Of a stretch of DNA of 64,000 nucleotides, positions 61,765-64,000 are shown piece after piece (positions within the stretch are counted from its first letter, which is position 1; every line of letters starts with the position of its first letter). Both the position numbers and the translations under genes were made by a program. The notes under the pieces were generated by a model. It was given only the letters and a program-made list of their open reading frames with translations, was not told the DNA's origin and did not search any database. Source of the stretch: Candidatus Zymogenus saltonus (GTDB lineage Bacteria > Desulfobacterota > Zymogenia > Zymogenales > Zymogenaceae); NCBI GenBank assembly GCA_016929395.1, contig JAFGIX010000052.1, forward strand, positions 7,151-71,150. Direction: 5' to 3'.

Positions 61765-63843
61765 TCAAAAAAGGTTTACTACATCGAGGATTAAAATCGG
61801 TCTGCCGTCCCCCAGGACGGTGACCCCCGAAAAGCCGGGGAGTTTTTCGAGGGGATTCCCCAGCGATTTAATGAATATCTCCTCGCTCCCCTTAATCTCG
61901 TCGACCTCAAGTCCTATATGCCTGCCCCTCACCTCCGTTACGATCATGTTGATTTTCTCCTTCTCCTCTTTTCCATTTTTCATCCCGAGAACGTCCACCA
62001 GTCTGTAAAGGGGGATCATCTCGCCGTTTATCAAGACCACTCTCTGGTTTTGGCTCTTCTGAACGGATTCCTTTCTTATCTCTGCCGACTTTATCGTCTT
62101 GCTCAAGGGAAGGGCAAATGTCGCCCCCGCCGCTGAGATCAGAAGGGCCTGAATAATCGCCACCGTCAGGGGCAGAATCAGTATGACTTTTGTTCCCTTG
62201 CCTATGTCCGATTCCAGCTTTATGTTTCCGCCCAAAGACTCGACCTTAGTCTTTACAACGTCCATGCCCACCCCCCTGCCGGAGATGTCCGACACCTCCT
62301 TTTGGGTGGAAAGGTTTGGCATACAGGACAGCATGAGGATATCATCTTTGCTCAACAGCGCGGACTGCTCCGCCGTTATAATTCCCCTGGACACGGCGGC
62401 TTCCCTGATCTTTTCCGGGTCCATCCCCCTGCCGTCGTCCGTGGCCTCGATGAAGACGAGGTCCCGCTCCCTGTAGGCGTTGAGTGTCACGGAGCCCCGG
62501 CGGGGTTTGCCCATCCTCTCCCTTTCTTCGGGGAACTCGATGCCGTGGTCTACGGCGTTTCTGAAGATATGCACAAGCGTGTCGGTCAGCTCCTCCAAGA
62601 TCGACCGGTCAAGCTCGATATCCCCTCCGGTGATGGAAAAATCTATCTCCTTCCCCTTCTCCCTAGCGAGGTCCCTGATCAACCTGGGCATCCTCGAAAG
62701 GATGCTCTCGAGGGGCATCATCCTCACCGTTATGACCTTTGCGTGAAGCTCCCTGATCAGATATTCGAGCCTGTTTACCGACTCGTCCACCGAGGGCGAC
62801 CCGAAGCTTTTCGTCGACTCGTAGATCCTCGCCTTGGTGATCAAGAGCTCCCCCACGAGGTTAATAAAGCTCTCCAGAAGATTCGTGCTTATCCTGACGG
62901 AGCGGGGGAGCTCGGCAAGGGCCTCTCCCGAAGGGAGCAGGTCTTCCACCCGGGGAGCTTCCTTCTTTACTACATCTTTCTTAGAGAGGGGAGGTGTTTC
63001 CGCCCTCGGAGCTACTTTTTCGGCTTTTGGGGTCTCCGCCTCCTGTTTAACATGATTAACATGAGCGGCATCGGGAATATCTTCCCTCGTAATCTCCTCG
63101 CCGTCCACTTCCCTTTCCTCGATTATCTTTACATCGAAGTCGGAGATGTCCGGAAGCTCCTTAAGGGCCCTTTCAATATCGTAATCCCTGACCCCTGTGA
63201 TGACCTTGACCCTGACCTCGCCAGTGAAAGCTCCTTTTTTTATCTCGGACAGGGGAGGGGACAGCCCCACCACCTTTCCCAGCTCGGATACCTTCTTTAC
63301 GCCGAGGAGCGACTTAACGTTCGCCTTAGGCAGATCAGAATCCACCCGTATCGTTACGAGAAAGATAGACTGACCCTCTTTGGGCCCGGATACCTCCTCG
63401 TCCTCCTCGTCATCAGCCGTTTTTTTTTCCGTGGTATCTTCGGATTCTGTCTTTTTTTTGAGCCTCCCCTGAGATACCTCGGAGATCATATTGAAGATTT
63501 CATCCAATCCCACGTCAAGCTCTTCGTCCTTTTCAACGGCCATAAGCTGTGACTCGAGTATATCCACCGACTTGAGGATGACATCGACCACCTGAGATGA
63601 TATGGAGATCTCCCCCTTTCTGACAAAATCCATTAAATCCTCGACCTTGTGGGTGAGCTCCGAGATCGGCAGATACCCCATGGACGCCGCCATCCCCTTT
63701 ATGGAGTGGGCCTCCCTAAAAATCGTGTTTACGACATCCATGTTACCGGGATCTTTCTCAAGATCCAACGAGAGCTGGCTCAATTTATTAAGATGTTCCC
63801 TGGACTCTTCCATAAAGATCTTTTTATATCTCGACATATCCAT
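61765..63843 (-). CDS. cheA: chemotaxis histidine kinase CheA
   Basis: Hpt FREAHSIKG, HIFRNAVDHG, DDGRG, SGRGVGMDVV and CheW domain. Confidence 0.97.
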   Translation of the reverse strand: MDMSRYKKIFMEESREHLNKLSQLSLDLEKDPGNMDVVNTIFREAHSIKGMAASMGYLPISELTHKVEDLMDFVRKGEISISSQVVDVILKSVDILESQLMAVEKDEELDVGLDEIFNMISEVSQGRLKKKTESEDTTEKKTADDEEDEEVSGPKEGQSIFLVTIRVDSDLPKANVKSLLGVKKVSELGKVVGLSPPLSEIKKGAFTGEVRVKVITGVRDYDIERALKELPDISDFDVKIIEEREVDGEEITREDIPDAAHVNHVKQEAETPKAEKVAPRAETPPLSKKDVVKKEAPRVEDLLPSGEALAELPRSVRISTNLLESFINLVGELLITKARIYESTKSFGSPSVDESVNRLEYLIRELHAKVITVRMMPLESILSRMPRLIRDLAREKGKEIDFSITGGDIELDRSILEELTDTLVHIFRNAVDHGIEFPEERERMGKPRRGSVTLNAYRERDLVFIEATDDGRGMDPEKIREAAVSRGIITAEQSALLSKDDILMLSCMPNLSTQKEVSDISGRGVGMDVVKTKVESLGGNIKLESDIGKGTKVILILPLTVAIIQALLISAAGATFALPLSKTIKSAEIRKESVQKSQNQRVVLINGEMIPLYRLVDVLGMKNGKEEKEKINMIVTEVRGRHIGLEVDEIKGSEEIFIKSLGNPLEKLPGFSGVTVLGDGRPILILDVVNLF

Positions 63844-64000
63844 CTGGTGGATCCTCCTGGGAAAATCTGATTATCTCCTCGGAAACCTCTACCGGTGAAA
63901 GGATCTTATCCACGAGACCGCTGTTTAGGGCCTGTCCGGGCATTCCGTACACGACGGCTGACTCCTCATCCTGAACGACAGTGATTCCCCCCATCTCCTT
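63824..64000 (-). CDS. cheB: C-terminal fragment of chemotaxis methylesterase CheB
   Basis: Hand translation ...GGITVVQDEESAVVYGMPGQA...VDKILSPVEV; overlaps the cheA start. Confidence 0.9.
   Translation of the reverse strand, partial: KEMGGITVVQDEESAVVYGMPGQALNSGLVDKILSPVEVSEEIIRFSQEDPPDGYVEI

Noticed and set aside
62302..63552. 416-aa plus-strand ORF, and similar long antisense ORFs at 7991, 11769, 15145, 17539 and 36586
   Set aside because: Shadows of well-supported genes in GC-rich coding DNA

Overview
A 64-kb chromosomal window from a deltaproteobacterial (Desulfobacterota-like) anaerobe; this assignment is inferred from gene content and order. Most of it is core genome: purL/purQ, rpmH-rnpA-yidC-jag-mnmE, two parS sites, parA-parB-bactofilin, the atpF'FHAGDC operon, comM and ilvE. 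A long minus-strand run reads cheB-cheA-cheC-larB-larC-(REC-GAF-HD-GYP)-pgpA-cinA-thpR-recA-pilT-recX-alaS. The most interesting locus is at 11.3-16.0 kb, an SOS cassette of lexA, a small ImuB-C/DUF6504-like ORF and a Y-family polymerase with a clamp motif and a RecA-N-terminus-like tail. An AT-rich type II restriction-modification pair splits this cassette: a DdeI-like endonuclease with an amino-methyltransferase whose predicted -10 box overlaps a CTNAG site. Other notable points are a sigma54-driven, very aromatic-rich type IV pilin followed by a G-rich repeat tract, several G-rich degenerate tandem repeats in intergenic gaps, a parS site inside a terminator-like 32-bp palindrome, a structured alaS leader and an amidohydrolase pseudogene. 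I saw no rRNA, tRNA, CRISPR array, IS element or prophage. All assignments come from reading motifs by eye; no searches were run.
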